DNA of 64,000 nucleotides from the NCBI GenBank assembly GCA_041738415.1, contig JBGSPU010000102.1, positions 474 through 64,473 on the forward strand, given 5' to 3'. A program made the position numbers and the translations under genes. Every line of letters starts with the position of its first letter. The stretch's first letter is position 1. Shown here piece after piece: positions 1 through 10,209 of the stretch. Source of the stretch: Bythopirellula sp. (GTDB taxonomy: Bacteria; Planctomycetota; Planctomycetia; Pirellulales; Lacipirellulaceae). A model generated the notes under the pieces. It was not told the DNA's origin, did not search any database, and worked only from the letters and a program-made list of their open reading frames with translations.

Positions 1-669
1 GTCGTTCGTACTCTAGTACGTAAAGGTGATCGAGTCGTCGATGCAGGGGCGAACTACGGTTGGTACACCACGTTATTCGCGGGGCTCGTAGGACCTCAAG
101 GAGCAGTCTATGCTTTTGAACCGGTTCCCACGACTTTCTCTCGCCTGATGGAGCATATTGAGCTCAATGAGAACGGTGACAGTGTCATGCCCGCACAACT
201 TGCCTTGGGCTCAGAGAAGGGTGAGATCCACATTCACTTGTTCGATGATCTTTCTCATTCAAGGTCGTCATTGTCTCCGTTGGGTCGAAACAGATTTGTG
301 GTCCATAGCGTGACGATGACAGATGTCGATTCATACCTCGGTGAGTTCGGGGTCGACACAATCGATTTTCTTAAATGTGACGTTGAAGGTGCTGAGCTGA
401 TGGTCTTGCATGGAGCACGCGGATTCCTTAATCAAGAGAAAGCGCCCATGATTCTTATCGAGCTCAACGATGAGACCGCAATGGAGTTCGGTTACCAACC
501 GATCGACATCGTAAACTTTTTGGAAGGCAAGGGTTACGACAGATTTTATCGTATCAAAGCAGGGAACAGAGTATCTCGAGTAACGGACGTGACTGTAGCG
601 GCAACTCTAAACCCACTACTTTGCTGCAAGGGCGATCGCATTGAACGGCGTATGGCCGGATGCGAATAG
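1..669 (+). CDS. FkbM family SAM-dependent methyltransferase (5' end outside window)
   Basis: Frame is open from base 1 (VVRTLVRKGDRVVDAGANYGWYT...VYAFEP), upstream of the track's 148 start; also carries IDFLKCDVEGAE, a typical FkbM motif. Confidence 0.85.
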   Translation, partial: VVRTLVRKGDRVVDAGANYGWYTTLFAGLVGPQGAVYAFEPVPTTFSRLMEHIELNENGDSVMPAQLALGSEKGEIHIHLFDDLSHSRSSLSPLGRNRFVVHSVTMTDVDSYLGEFGVDTIDFLKCDVEGAELMVLHGARGFLNQEKAPMILIELNDETAMEFGYQPIDIVNFLEGKGYDRFYRIKAGNRVSRVTDVTVAATLNPLLCCKGDRIERRMAGCE

Positions 670-688
670 TTGGCAACTGTGGCATCAA

Positions 689-3600
689 TCAACTGCCAAT
701 TTGTGTGAAGATATAGTCGATAGCGTGGATTTCGACGGTATCCGTTCCTCCGTTTTCAAAGTGAGCTTGTACGCTGTCAAAGCCAGTCGCAGCGTTTCGA
801 TAGTTTAAGCCAGAAAGCCGGGCAAAGTTTCCAGCTCCATACATAAGATCATTTCCTGACGAATCAAATAGTTCCGCTGAGTCATTTCCTCCGGCCGTTG
901 CATAGGCGTAAACACCGTCGAAACCACTAGCGTAATTGTAATAGGTTCCTGACTGATTGGTCATTGCTCCAAAGGAGGAGAATCCACTAAATAGATCATC
1001 GCCAACAGAGTCGTAGAGGGTGGCGTAGTCGAGACCCCCCGCTGTTGAATAGGCTCTTACGGAATCGAACGACTTTGCATAGTTGTAAAATTCACCCGTA
1101 AGACTTCGCATCAGTCCATAGGTGGGTCCCGCGACAAAGCGGTCGTCTGTAGCTCCGTCGTGCAGAAACGCCTCGTCGAATCCAGCGCTGGCAAATCCGA
1201 ACACTTCGTCGAAGTTGTTGGCATGGTTTTGGTAGGAGCCATTTACAGCCCGCATAACCGCAGTTGTGGGAGTGGCTTCAAACTGGTCATTCCCTGCCGA
1301 GTCAAACAGTTGGGCAGTGTCAAACCCTTGCGATGCATATGAGTTGGTCTGCTTAAATCCTATGGCATTGTTGTAGAACCCATTGCCGGAAAGGATGACT
1401 TTGTCGGCGTGGGCGCGCAAGAGATCATTTCCAGCGGAATCGTAGAGATCAGCTTGATCGATTCCCCCGTTGATGCTGTACGCATAATTTTGAGCAAAGC
1501 CACTGACGCGATTAGAATAAGTCCCTGCGTTGTCCTGCATTAAACTATAGTCAGCTCGACCTGTGAAGGTGTCGTTTCCGCTGGAGTCGTAGAGGGTTGC
1601 ATAATCGAATCCTCCGTGTGAAGCAGTTGCCGAGACTGCATCAAATCCACTGACATAGTTCAGGTAGGCGCCATTCGTACTCAGCATAAATGCGGAGGTG
1701 CTCTTTGCGTAGTAGCGATCATCCGTCGCTCCGTCTGTGAGATAGGCTTCGTCGTTGCCAAGACTCGCATAAGCGTATACCGTGCCAAAGCCATCAGCTT
1801 GGTTATAAAAAGAACCACCTATTGCTTGCATGCTGCTCGTTACTGGCCCGGCGTCGAAGCGATCATTTCCGACTGAATCAAAAAAGAAAGCGACATCATT
1901 TCCTGATGCCGAGAACCCATAAGTGGATTCGAAGCCGGTAGCATTATTGAGAAAGCCAGTTCCTGACATGACAGCACGATCTGCATACGCGCGATAGAGA
2001 TCGTTTCCTGCCGAGTCGTACATATTGGCTCGGTCAACACCCCCGAAACTGGCATACGCGTAGGTTTGGTCGAAATCGTAGGCAGAATTGAGAAATCCTA
2101 TGCCCGACATTGTTACGTGGTCGGAGAAGGCTTCGTAGAGATCTGCACCGCTCGAATCATAGATATAAGCGGTGTCGATGCCCCCACCACCGTGAACCGT
2201 TGAATTCTCGAGACCAGTGGCAACTACTTGGAATCCTACTCCCAATAGAGTGGTCGAAGCGGAATGGACGATCGCCGTCTCGTTGCCACTCGTTCCGGTC
2301 ACCACCATCGTATCCGTTCCGCTACCACCACTTAATGCAATATTTGTGACCGCAATCGCTGCGAAGCTGTGCGTCACTCCATTAACCACAACTTGGTGCG
2401 TACTCCCCGCTGTGAAGGCAAATGTATCGTCACCGGCCGTTCCTGTTACGTTCACCGTGGTGCCTGTCACCGAAACCAAATTGCTCAGCCGATAGTCTAC
2501 ATCGCTGTTAGTCCCCTGCACATAAACAAAGTATTCGTCGCCTGCCGCTGCATAGGCATCCACCCGCGAAGTGCCGTTAACGGCGTTGCCGGAGCTTACC
2601 ATTTGCATGTTTGCGTTGTAGAGCATCAAATTGACTTGCCCACCCTGTGCTGCGAACGCTCCTTCGACCGTAAGGTAGCCAGCCTGGCTGGCCTGTACGC
2701 GATACCAACTCTCGCCTGCCACAGAGAGACCGTTCAACTGAGCGTAGGAAACGGATCCCCAATCAGTGTAAGTGAAGCTGCTTTCCTGGGTTACGTTGAG
2801 CGAGTAATAACCCAAGCCGCCGCTGGAGGAAAAGCCGACTGTGTAGGTCTGTCCAGCGACTACGTCGAAGGAGAAGGTTTGGCCTTGATTGCCGCTAACC
2901 GTACCGGTACTCTCAGAAACCGACCAAGCAGCCCCCAGTTCGTGGGTCATGTTGTTCGCTGCAAAGGTGACGGTTCCGTTGCTGCTTGCAGTGAATTTGA
3001 AGTAATCAACGTCATTGAGTGTGCCTATGACACCACTTTGGCTCACGGTGCTCGTGAGCGTCCCCAGATTGAAGGCGGTTGCGAGGGTGGAACCGTAGTC
3101 ATCGGAGGGCATTAAGGCGTTGATGGCCGCTTCGAGATTGATGCGTTTGAAAGTAAGATTCGTCGCCGCGTCGAGAAATTCGGTCGCAGTCGCCTTCATG
3201 TGGTCGTAGATCGTGTCTTGAGTGATCCCCGTGTAGCCCACGAACTCCATAGCCTGTCGTATCAGGACACTTGCCCCAGCAATATAGGGCGAAGCCATGC
3301 TGGTGCCTGAAAAATTGGCGTAGTCATCGTCGATGCCGTTCTTGTTGCCTTTGTAGTCGGGGACCGTACTGCGAATCGAGGAACCAGGGGCAGCGATCGC
3401 CCGCACATCGCGCTGACTGTATCCTGCAAGATTTCCGCTATCGGTGACCGACATGACAGGCACAACATTAGGGCTGGATGCGGGGTTCCCCAGTCCCGGG
3501 GTATTGTAAGTGGCGTAGTCATTCCCCGCAGAGACGGCAATGAAAATCCCATCCGCTTTCAATTGGGCAAATTCATCGTCCAAACTGGTAATGAGTGGCA

Positions 3601-4339
3601 CGCTCGAGTTATAACCGGGAATTCCTAGTGAAAGATTGACCGCAGTAATGGGGTTCTCGAAGTCATTGCGGTGTTGGTGGACCCATTGCAACGCGCTCTC
3701 GACCCAACTCATGTACCCAGCACCCGAGTCATCGAAAACCCGCAAGGCGACCAGGTCTACGCTGGATGCCACACCACGATCGTTGCCCGCGTCGCCCCCG
3801 ACAATGCCAGCGACATGAGTTCCATGCGAACCGTAGGGTCCGTCATCGTAGGGGTTGGCATCATTCTCAGTAAAATCATAACCACCAACAACGCGATAAT
3901 TTGCTCCCAATCCTCCCCCAAGAGCAAAGTGATTGTAGGCGATTCCACTATCGATGATCGCAACGGTTTGGCCCTTGCCGGTAAAGCCGTAGTTGGCCAA
4001 CACCTGATTGAGACCGGTCGTATTGTGGGCACTGGAGAGAGTCTGTTCGATCTCACCAATCTGCTTGGAAATCGTTTCTGGATCGGTGGGATCAATCCAA
4101 AAATCGGGTCCCGAGACGATGTGGTGTTCGATGGGGGTAGATTCCTCAACGAATCCGTGGTGAACAACTGATTCGTCGAAAGCGTTGTGGACGATCCCTT
4201 CGCCCAAAAAGCCACTGAGTGGGTCGGCAGACATTACCCGACGGTCTTCCAAAGTCTCGAATCGACCCTTCCAATCAAACTGTCTCTTGAGTGGCTTGTG
4301 CATTAGGGTGGTGCCTCCGTCAGCAAATCGTTTCGTCAT
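689..4339 (-). CDS. Secreted S8 (subtilisin-like) serine peptidase with C-terminal beta-repeat region
   Basis: Catalytic triad motifs AIIDSG, HGTHVAG, SGTSMASP; N-terminal FETLEDRRVMS planctomycete extracellular motif; PPC-like DVDYFKF segment; ten ~47-aa repeats. Confidence 0.92.
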   Translation of the reverse strand: MTKRFADGGTTLMHKPLKRQFDWKGRFETLEDRRVMSADPLSGFLGEGIVHNAFDESVVHHGFVEESTPIEHHIVSGPDFWIDPTDPETISKQIGEIEQTLSSAHNTTGLNQVLANYGFTGKGQTVAIIDSGIAYNHFALGGGLGANYRVVGGYDFTENDANPYDDGPYGSHGTHVAGIVGGDAGNDRGVASSVDLVALRVFDDSGAGYMSWVESALQWVHQHRNDFENPITAVNLSLGIPGYNSSVPLITSLDDEFAQLKADGIFIAVSAGNDYATYNTPGLGNPASSPNVVPVMSVTDSGNLAGYSQRDVRAIAAPGSSIRSTVPDYKGNKNGIDDDYANFSGTSMASPYIAGASVLIRQAMEFVGYTGITQDTIYDHMKATATEFLDAATNLTFKRINLEAAINALMPSDDYGSTLATAFNLGTLTSTVSQSGVIGTLNDVDYFKFTASSNGTVTFAANNMTHELGAAWSVSESTGTVSGNQGQTFSFDVVAGQTYTVGFSSSGGLGYYSLNVTQESSFTYTDWGSVSYAQLNGLSVAGESWYRVQASQAGYLTVEGAFAAQGGQVNLMLYNANMQMVSSGNAVNGTSRVDAYAAAGDEYFVYVQGTNSDVDYRLSNLVSVTGTTVNVTGTAGDDTFAFTAGSTHQVVVNGVTHSFAAIAVTNIALSGGSGTDTMVVTGTSGNETAIVHSASTTLLGVGFQVVATGLENSTVHGGGGIDTAYIYDSSGADLYEAFSDHVTMSGIGFLNSAYDFDQTYAYASFGGVDRANMYDSAGNDLYRAYADRAVMSGTGFLNNATGFESTYGFSASGNDVAFFFDSVGNDRFDAGPVTSSMQAIGGSFYNQADGFGTVYAYASLGNDEAYLTDGATDDRYYAKSTSAFMLSTNGAYLNYVSGFDAVSATASHGGFDYATLYDSSGNDTFTGRADYSLMQDNAGTYSNRVSGFAQNYAYSINGGIDQADLYDSAGNDLLRAHADKVILSGNGFYNNAIGFKQTNSYASQGFDTAQLFDSAGNDQFEATPTTAVMRAVNGSYQNHANNFDEVFGFASAGFDEAFLHDGATDDRFVAGPTYGLMRSLTGEFYNYAKSFDSVRAYSTAGGLDYATLYDSVGDDLFSGFSSFGAMTNQSGTYYNYASGFDGVYAYATAGGNDSAELFDSSGNDLMYGAGNFARLSGLNYRNAATGFDSVQAHFENGGTDTVEIHAIDYIFTQIGS
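740..2176 (-). repeat. Ten tandem ~46-49 aa repeats (D-x-A-x-L-Y-D-S-x-G-N-D...GF) in the S8 peptidase
   Basis: Read directly from the translation: DTAYIYDSSGAD, DRANMYDSAGND, DVAFFFDSVGND, DEAYLTDGATDD, DYATLYDSSGND, DQADLYDSAGND, DTAQLFDSAGND, DEAFLHDGATDD, DYATLYDSVGDD, DSAELFDSSGND. Confidence 0.9.
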
Positions 4340-4649
4340 TGATAGCGCAGAACGCCATTCACTGCTAACGAACGAGTTGCATCCAGTTGGATAAGTCAGA
4401 GTTGAAGCCGCCGAGGAGAAACGGCCTGGAAAGGATAAGTAGTTAAAAGCAGGTGAGTGCCGATGGCAATCACACTAAAAGCTTAGTTCACAATCCCAGG
4501 CTAAATTAAAACATTTCTCGATCAGGCAGTCCGACCAGCCAACCGGGACCAGTTCCGAGGTTCCTTCCGCAGAGCGTGTTGCTGGCCATCCACTTGGCCG
4601 CCGAACTCGCTGGTTTTGGGCAACATCGTGTTGCTCCTTTGCATCACCC

Positions 4650-6554
4650 ATGAAGTACTACGAAGACCAGATAAAACCGTTCAGAAGCCTGCCTAAAGCC
4701 CCTACTTTTCCCATGGACGCCTTTCGCCCCTGCCCCTGCGCGGCTCACTGGAGTACTATGGTAGGAATATCACTTGACTTGCCAGCATTGTCCAGCAGTC
4801 AAATCGCGCAACAGTCAAATTCCATGGAACAAACAAACAGTAAATCTGCCGCGTCGTCTGCCGACTCGCCCAATCCCGACTCGCCCAGTTACGCCGAGAC
4901 AATCGAGTCGCCCCTCTCGCTTTTGGAATTGTCCGATGCGTCGTTGCCGAATGTGCGAGTTCCAGTTCGGCGGAACATCGCTCTTGTTGAGGGGAGTGTA
5001 CCCGAATTATCCCAGGAAACCCTGGATTTACTCAGGGATCGGCTGCGAACGGTCTCCCTGTTGCTATGTGGGGGGCTTGCAGCGTATCTGATCTGGGCGT
5101 TGCTAAGCCCGGCTCGCTACTTTGCAAGTCATTCTCAGACAGCTCTCTGGTGCCATGCCGGCGTGACGGTTTTGCTAGCACTGCTAGCACAAAGGTTGTG
5201 TGCCCATTGCAAGTACGTATTCAAGCATTTGCGCTTTATCGAATTGCTAGTCTTTGGGGCCCCGGCACTTTTCTTTTTGTTACTCAACTACGAGCAACTC
5301 GTGCAATGTGCAGAAATGCAGGATGGCCATTCTCATATACCCAATATTAGCGGAGTCTGGCTGCTGTTAGTTTTCGCCTACGCCGTCTTCATCCCCAACA
5401 CATGGCAACGTGCCTTGATCGTGCTGAGCCTGATGGGGCTGGCACCCCTAGTCATGTTGACCATCGTGTATTTCAGTTCTCCAACGTTTGCCGAGTTGAG
5501 CCGGATGGCTCCCTTTCGAGGTATCTTCGTCGAGCAGTGCCTCTCCACGGTTCTGATGGTCGTTGTTGGCACGGTGGGCGTAAAGACCATCGGCAATCTG
5601 CGTCAAGAGGCTTTCACGGCTAAACAACTAGGTCAATATCGACTGAGGCAGATGCTCGGCAGTGGCGGCATGGGAGAAGTCTATCTGGCAGAGCACCACA
5701 TGATGAAACGCCCGTGCGCGATCAAGATCATTCGACCCGATAAAACACGCGATCCCAAGGTGTTGGCCCGTTTTGAACGCGAGGTGCAAGCCACTGCCAA
5801 GCTCTCGCATTGGAATTCGATCGACATCTATGATTATGGTCGTACCGACGACGGCACATTTTACTATGTCATGGAATTCCTGCCGGGCCACAACATTGGT
5901 GAACTGGTCGGTACCTACGGACCGCTACCGCCAGGACGCGTCGTCTACCTGATGCAGCAGGTTTGTGATGCCCTGGCCGAGGCACATTCCCATGGCCTGG
6001 TACATCGCGATATCAAACCGGCGAACATTTTCTGCGCCTACCGTGGCGGGCAGTTCGACGTGGCAAAACTCCTAGACTTCGGACTCGCCAAACCGACGAA
6101 GGAGGCTGGTGACGTCGAACTGACGCAGGAGGGCGCGATTACAGGGTCGCCCCTCTACATGTCACCCGAACAAGCGACCGGCAGCAACGAGGTCGATGAG
6201 CGGAGTGACATTTATTCTTTAGGGGCGGTCATGTATCTGATGGTGACCGGCCACCCGCCGTATGACTATCCGCAGCCGATCAAAGTACTCATCGCCCACG
6301 CCAGCGAGGCGCCTGTTCCACCTCGAGAATGGAACTCTTCCATACCGGTTGAGCTCGATGAAATCATTCTGCGCTGCTTAGAAAAGCAACCCGAGGATCG
6401 CTTTCAGACGGTAGATGCCCTTCGAGATCATTTAGAACAAGTGCCACAGTCAGAGCCTTGGTCGAGTCGTCAAGCGTCTGATTGGTGGAACTGCAACGGC
6501 TGTCCTGAAAGGAAAAAACTTGCTGCCGAATTGGTCGAAATGGCTGCGGTGTAA
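4650..6554 (+). CDS. Membrane-anchored Hanks-type Ser/Thr protein kinase (true start possibly 4758 or later)
   Basis: LGSGGMGEV, AIK, HRDIKPAN, DFG and GSPLYMSPEQ motifs, preceded by several hydrophobic helices. Confidence 0.93.
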   Translation: MKYYEDQIKPFRSLPKAPTFPMDAFRPCPCAAHWSTMVGISLDLPALSSSQIAQQSNSMEQTNSKSAASSADSPNPDSPSYAETIESPLSLLELSDASLPNVRVPVRRNIALVEGSVPELSQETLDLLRDRLRTVSLLLCGGLAAYLIWALLSPARYFASHSQTALWCHAGVTVLLALLAQRLCAHCKYVFKHLRFIELLVFGAPALFFLLLNYEQLVQCAEMQDGHSHIPNISGVWLLLVFAYAVFIPNTWQRALIVLSLMGLAPLVMLTIVYFSSPTFAELSRMAPFRGIFVEQCLSTVLMVVVGTVGVKTIGNLRQEAFTAKQLGQYRLRQMLGSGGMGEVYLAEHHMMKRPCAIKIIRPDKTRDPKVLARFEREVQATAKLSHWNSIDIYDYGRTDDGTFYYVMEFLPGHNIGELVGTYGPLPPGRVVYLMQQVCDALAEAHSHGLVHRDIKPANIFCAYRGGQFDVAKLLDFGLAKPTKEAGDVELTQEGAITGSPLYMSPEQATGSNEVDERSDIYSLGAVMYLMVTGHPPYDYPQPIKVLIAHASEAPVPPREWNSSIPVELDEIILRCLEKQPEDRFQTVDALRDHLEQVPQSEPWSSRQASDWWNCNGCPERKKLAAELVEMAAV

Positions 6555-6669
6555 CACGCGCATCTTGAGTTCGGGCGAGTTCACATTTCGAAAATAGTTA
6601 GTGTGAATCAACTTATCATCTCATGCAGCTTATCACTCACGAGCCATAGCGCCGACCGGCACTGCCTAG

Positions 6670-6928
6670 AAGGATCAGATCGTAGGACTGCGCGGCGCGG
6701 CAGGGGGGCCACGGTTCCTAGATGTCGCTCATGCCCGTTGGGAATTCGTTGATGCTCGACTTTCGCTGCGTCATTATCCCACGATTTGTCTACGCCACGC
6801 GCCAGGCCTTTAACGGCGGCCAATTGGTCAACTCATCCATTCAAGAGCGGCTCGCCCGCTTAGCCCGAGACATGCATCGTTTCTCCGTCGCACTCAGACA
6901 GCACCGCGACGACCTTCAGGGAAGGTGA
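6670..6928 (+). pseudogene. 3' remnant of an NAD(P)H-dependent FMN reductase
   Basis: QIVGL..AAGG / GGHGS*MSLMPVGNSLMLDFRCVIIPRFVYAT resembles the C-terminal half of flavin reductases; in-frame TAG at 6719-6721 and an apparent frameshift just upstream. Confidence 0.65.
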
Positions 6929-6949
6929 ATTCTGATGCGGGTAAGTTGT

Positions 6950-7144
6950 CTAAGACATCTCACCCGGCATACGTGTCATCGCAAAGTAAATCACATAGAA
7001 CCAGGTGAGGACCCCCGCCAGTATTGCCCAGAGTATCGAATGATTTCGTTGCCAGGAACAAACTACGACAATTGCTGAACCAAGTCCGATCCCAGATTGG
7101 GTGACCGTGTGGGTCGCTTCAGTGACCATGTGTGCTAATAGCAT
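6950..7144 (-). CDS. Small two-helix membrane protein (likely start 7129)
   Basis: GIGLGSAIVVVCSWQRNHSILWAILAGVLTWFYVIYF: two hydrophobic segments with an SW-x-RN-x-SILWAI pattern. Confidence 0.65.
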   Translation of the reverse strand: MLLAHMVTEATHTVTQSGIGLGSAIVVVCSWQRNHSILWAILAGVLTWFYVIYFAMTRMPGEMS

Positions 7145-7233
7145 GTTATTTCCTCATCTATCTCATTGCTTTTTGGAGTTGGCATCGACGACTCGCTCTG
7201 CTTTGCTGAGCAGGACTCAACAGCGCGTCGCAG

Positions 7234-8064
7234 CTAAACTGAGCTTTCTACTTCGACAACGTGTTCGTGATCTTGGATGTGTTCGGGGCAATAGCAGCAT
7301 TGGCCGTCGCACTTGGAGCAATAGCGGAACGACGTCTTCGGTGACTCATTGCTATCGAGGCCACAGATGCGGCATTTGTGAACGGGGGGCTTACCGGCCT
7401 TTTCGGTGCTGGCTTGATAGGAGCGGCGACGCTGGGTTTGCTTCACATCTCGCCAATGATCTCGCCCGAAAAACACCAGGTAGTTGAATACAGAGGCAAT
7501 AATCAACAAGCGTTGCATCCAGTCGCCCACGACAAGGCTATATCCCAACCCGAGCCACATCAAGAGGGCGAGCCATTTGATCTGGATCGGCAAAATCAAG
7601 AAAACATTGATGATGAAATTGGGGTACAACCGTGCGAATGCCAGGAAGACCGTGCTGTAGAGGAAACCGTTGCTGGCAATATCTAATGCGCCGAAATGCC
7701 AAGCCACGAACGCAGCGACGATGTTAGCGATGAGCCCAATGAGGAGAAACGCGTTATAGCGGACCATGCCCCACTCGTTTTCGAGTGTTGTTCCGCAAAG
7801 GTAAAAGATCATCCAATAGAAGAAGGCCCAGATCATGGACATTTGCGGGGGAGCAAAGGCAAAGGTGAACAATCGCCAGAGTTCACCCTGAAGGACCATG
7901 CCAGGGTCGAGATTGATTTTGGAGAGTGCATCGCCACCGAAATTGCCACCTACTCTAGCCATCTGCACGAGATACAAGAGTACCTGACCGGCAATCAGAA
8001 TGACCGTAAGGTTGGGTACGGCCCAGGGGCGTAAGCGAGATTCAAGGTATTTGAGGAAGGACAT
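7234..8064 (-). CDS. Polytopic membrane protein (rhomboid-like region) with C-terminal Cys/His cluster
   Basis: Multiple TM segments, GELWRLFTF; C-terminus HKCRICG...YCSKCDGQCCYCPEH; start placed at MSFLKYLE. Confidence 0.75.
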   Translation of the reverse strand: MSFLKYLESRLRPWAVPNLTVILIAGQVLLYLVQMARVGGNFGGDALSKINLDPGMVLQGELWRLFTFAFAPPQMSMIWAFFYWMIFYLCGTTLENEWGMVRYNAFLLIGLIANIVAAFVAWHFGALDIASNGFLYSTVFLAFARLYPNFIINVFLILPIQIKWLALLMWLGLGYSLVVGDWMQRLLIIASVFNYLVFFGRDHWRDVKQTQRRRSYQASTEKAGKPPVHKCRICGLDSNESPKTSFRYCSKCDGQCCYCPEHIQDHEHVVEVESSV

Positions 8065-8210
8065 CAGGAATTTTTTCAAAGAGATAATGCGGTGTGAATT
8101 GTCGCTATGCCTACCTGTTTTACTCGCAATGTGCAAGGGTGGGCTTAATCGAGGTTGTCAGGATTGCGGCCCTGTGCGAGGGGATAAAGTCCGCCTATAA
8201 TCGCTAATCT

Positions 8211-9272
8211 ATGAATGCCATTGAAATTCGCCAACTCCAGAAGTCCTACCGCGTCTACCAGAAAAGTGAAGGTCTGATGGCTTCAGTCCGGGGGCTGTTC
8301 CATCGTGAGCATCGCGAGGTGGCTGCCGTGAAAGCGATCGATCTCGATGTGGCGCAGGGCGAATTCGTGGCTTTTCTGGGGCCCAATGGGGCTGGTAAGA
8401 CGACCACGCTCAAGCTGCTCTCGGGTGTCATCAGCCCCACCGGGGGTGAGGCGCGCGTGCTCGGGTACGTTCCCTGGCTGCGGGAAAATGAATACCGCCG
8501 CCGCTTTGCCTTGGTAATGGGCCAGAAGAATCAGTTATGGTGGGATCTGCCGGCGCAGGAATCATTTACACTGCATGAAAAGATTTATCGCATCGAGCAT
8601 GATGCTTTTGTACGGACTCGTGACGAACTCTGCGATCTCTTGGATGTGGGGCACCTTTTGGGCCGACCGGTGCGTGAGCTATCGCTCGGCGAGCGGATGA
8701 AGATGGAGTTGACCGCGGCACTGCTGCACTCGCCAGACGTTTTGTTTCTCGACGAGCCGACCATTGGGCTCGATGTCATCGCGCAGCACAACATTCAAAA
8801 GTTCCTCAAATTCTATCAGCGGGAGCGAAAGATCACGATCCTGTTGACCAGCCACTACATGAAGGACGTGGCAGCACTCTGCAAACGAGTGGTAATCATC
8901 GCCCAGGGCGAAATCATTTACGATGGTTCCTTGGCAGGAATTATCGACCGGTTTAGCGGGCACAAAATTCTGTCGCTCCTGTTTGCTGATGGTCGGATGC
9001 CGAGCGACTTGGCTCGCTATGGCGACGTTCTGGAAATCGTCGAGCCGAAGGCCCGTTTGCGGGTCGATCGCGGAAGCATATCGCAAGTACTCTCGTCAGT
9101 GCTGGCGAACCATACACTGGAAGACATCAGCGTCGAAGACCCGCCGCTGGAGGAAGTGATTGCGGAGTTGTATTCACACTCGGCGGAAGAGAGTGAACGG
9201 GGCAAGACGGCTGAGGAGATTCGCAATGGCGAAAGGCGAAACGCGCGCACCAGCGAGAGAAGAACGAAGTAA
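8211..9272 (+). CDS. ABC transporter ATP-binding protein (ABC-2 exporter type)
   Basis: Walker [10 protein letters not shown], signature LSLGERMK, Walker B LFLDEPT, H-loop TSHYM. Confidence 0.95.
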   Translation: MNAIEIRQLQKSYRVYQKSEGLMASVRGLFHREHREVAAVKAIDLDVAQGEFVAFLGPNGAGKTTTLKLLSGVISPTGGEARVLGYVPWLRENEYRRRFALVMGQKNQLWWDLPAQESFTLHEKIYRIEHDAFVRTRDELCDLLDVGHLLGRPVRELSLGERMKMELTAALLHSPDVLFLDEPTIGLDVIAQHNIQKFLKFYQRERKITILLTSHYMKDVAALCKRVVIIAQGEIIYDGSLAGIIDRFSGHKILSLLFADGRMPSDLARYGDVLEIVEPKARLRVDRGSISQVLSSVLANHTLEDISVEDPPLEEVIAELYSHSAEESERGKTAEEIRNGERRNARTSERRTK

Positions 9273-9317
9273 AAAACGATCACAATTCACTCGGCATCGA
9301 GACGATGCTGGCTAACT

Positions 9318-10133
9318 ATGTTTGCACGTGTGGAAACCTGGTGGACGATTCTGAAGATCTGCGTCGAAGAGCGCTTGGTCTATCGGGGGGACTTTATGCT
9401 GGGGACTCTGATGCGGTTTCTGCCGATCGTGACCCAGATTTTTCTGTGGACGGCAGTTTACGCCTCGGCGGGAAGTGGAGTCATCAAGGGTTACACCCGG
9501 AACGATATTGTGGCGTACTATCTGCTGACGATGCTGGCACGAGCTTTCTCGAGCATGCCGGGCTTGGCATCGGGGATTGCCAGGCAGGTCCGCGAAGGGG
9601 AAATCAAGAAGTTTCTCATTCAACCGATCGATCTGATCAGCTATCTCCTGCTGGCCCGCATTGCTCATAAATCGATTTACTACCTCGTCGCGGCAGTGCC
9701 GTTTGCCTTGGTGTATTATCTCTGCCGGAGTTATTTTCCGGGTTGGCCCACGGGAGAAGTATTTGCCGCTTTTCTACTGTCGTTGGTGTTGGCGTTCCTG
9801 CTGGGATTCTTCCTGGAAACGACGATGGGGATGATTGCCTTTTGGTTCCTGGAAGTCTCATCACTGCTCTTTGTGTACATGCTGTTTACATTTTTCTTCT
9901 CGGGACACATGTTCCCGTTGGAGATTCTGCCGGATCCATGGAGGACGATGGTCGATTTCCTGCCGTTCAAGTACATGGCCTACTTCCCGGCGGCGGTTTT
10001 CCTGGGCAAGGTCCAGGGGACGGAACTTGTCCACGGTCTGATGATCCAGACGGCGTGGGTACTAGGATTTATCGTGCTGTGTCGCGTGACGATGCAAGCG
10101 GGGTTCAATCGATATAGCGGATATGGAGGATGA
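9318..10133 (+). CDS. ABC-2 family permease (DUF990-like)
   Basis: About 6 TM helices, [11 protein letters not shown] motif, directly follows the ATPase. Confidence 0.88.
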   Translation: MFARVETWWTILKICVEERLVYRGDFMLGTLMRFLPIVTQIFLWTAVYASAGSGVIKGYTRNDIVAYYLLTMLARAFSSMPGLASGIARQVREGEIKKFLIQPIDLISYLLLARIAHKSIYYLVAAVPFALVYYLCRSYFPGWPTGEVFAAFLLSLVLAFLLGFFLETTMGMIAFWFLEVSSLLFVYMLFTFFFSGHMFPLEILPDPWRTMVDFLPFKYMAYFPAAVFLGKVQGTELVHGLMIQTAWVLGFIVLCRVTMQAGFNRYSGYGG

Positions 10134-10209
10134 AATGAAGCGGTGAATAATGAATAATGAATCCTCTCGTTATCTCATCATCCATCACCCAGCAATCATC
10201 ACTTTCACT

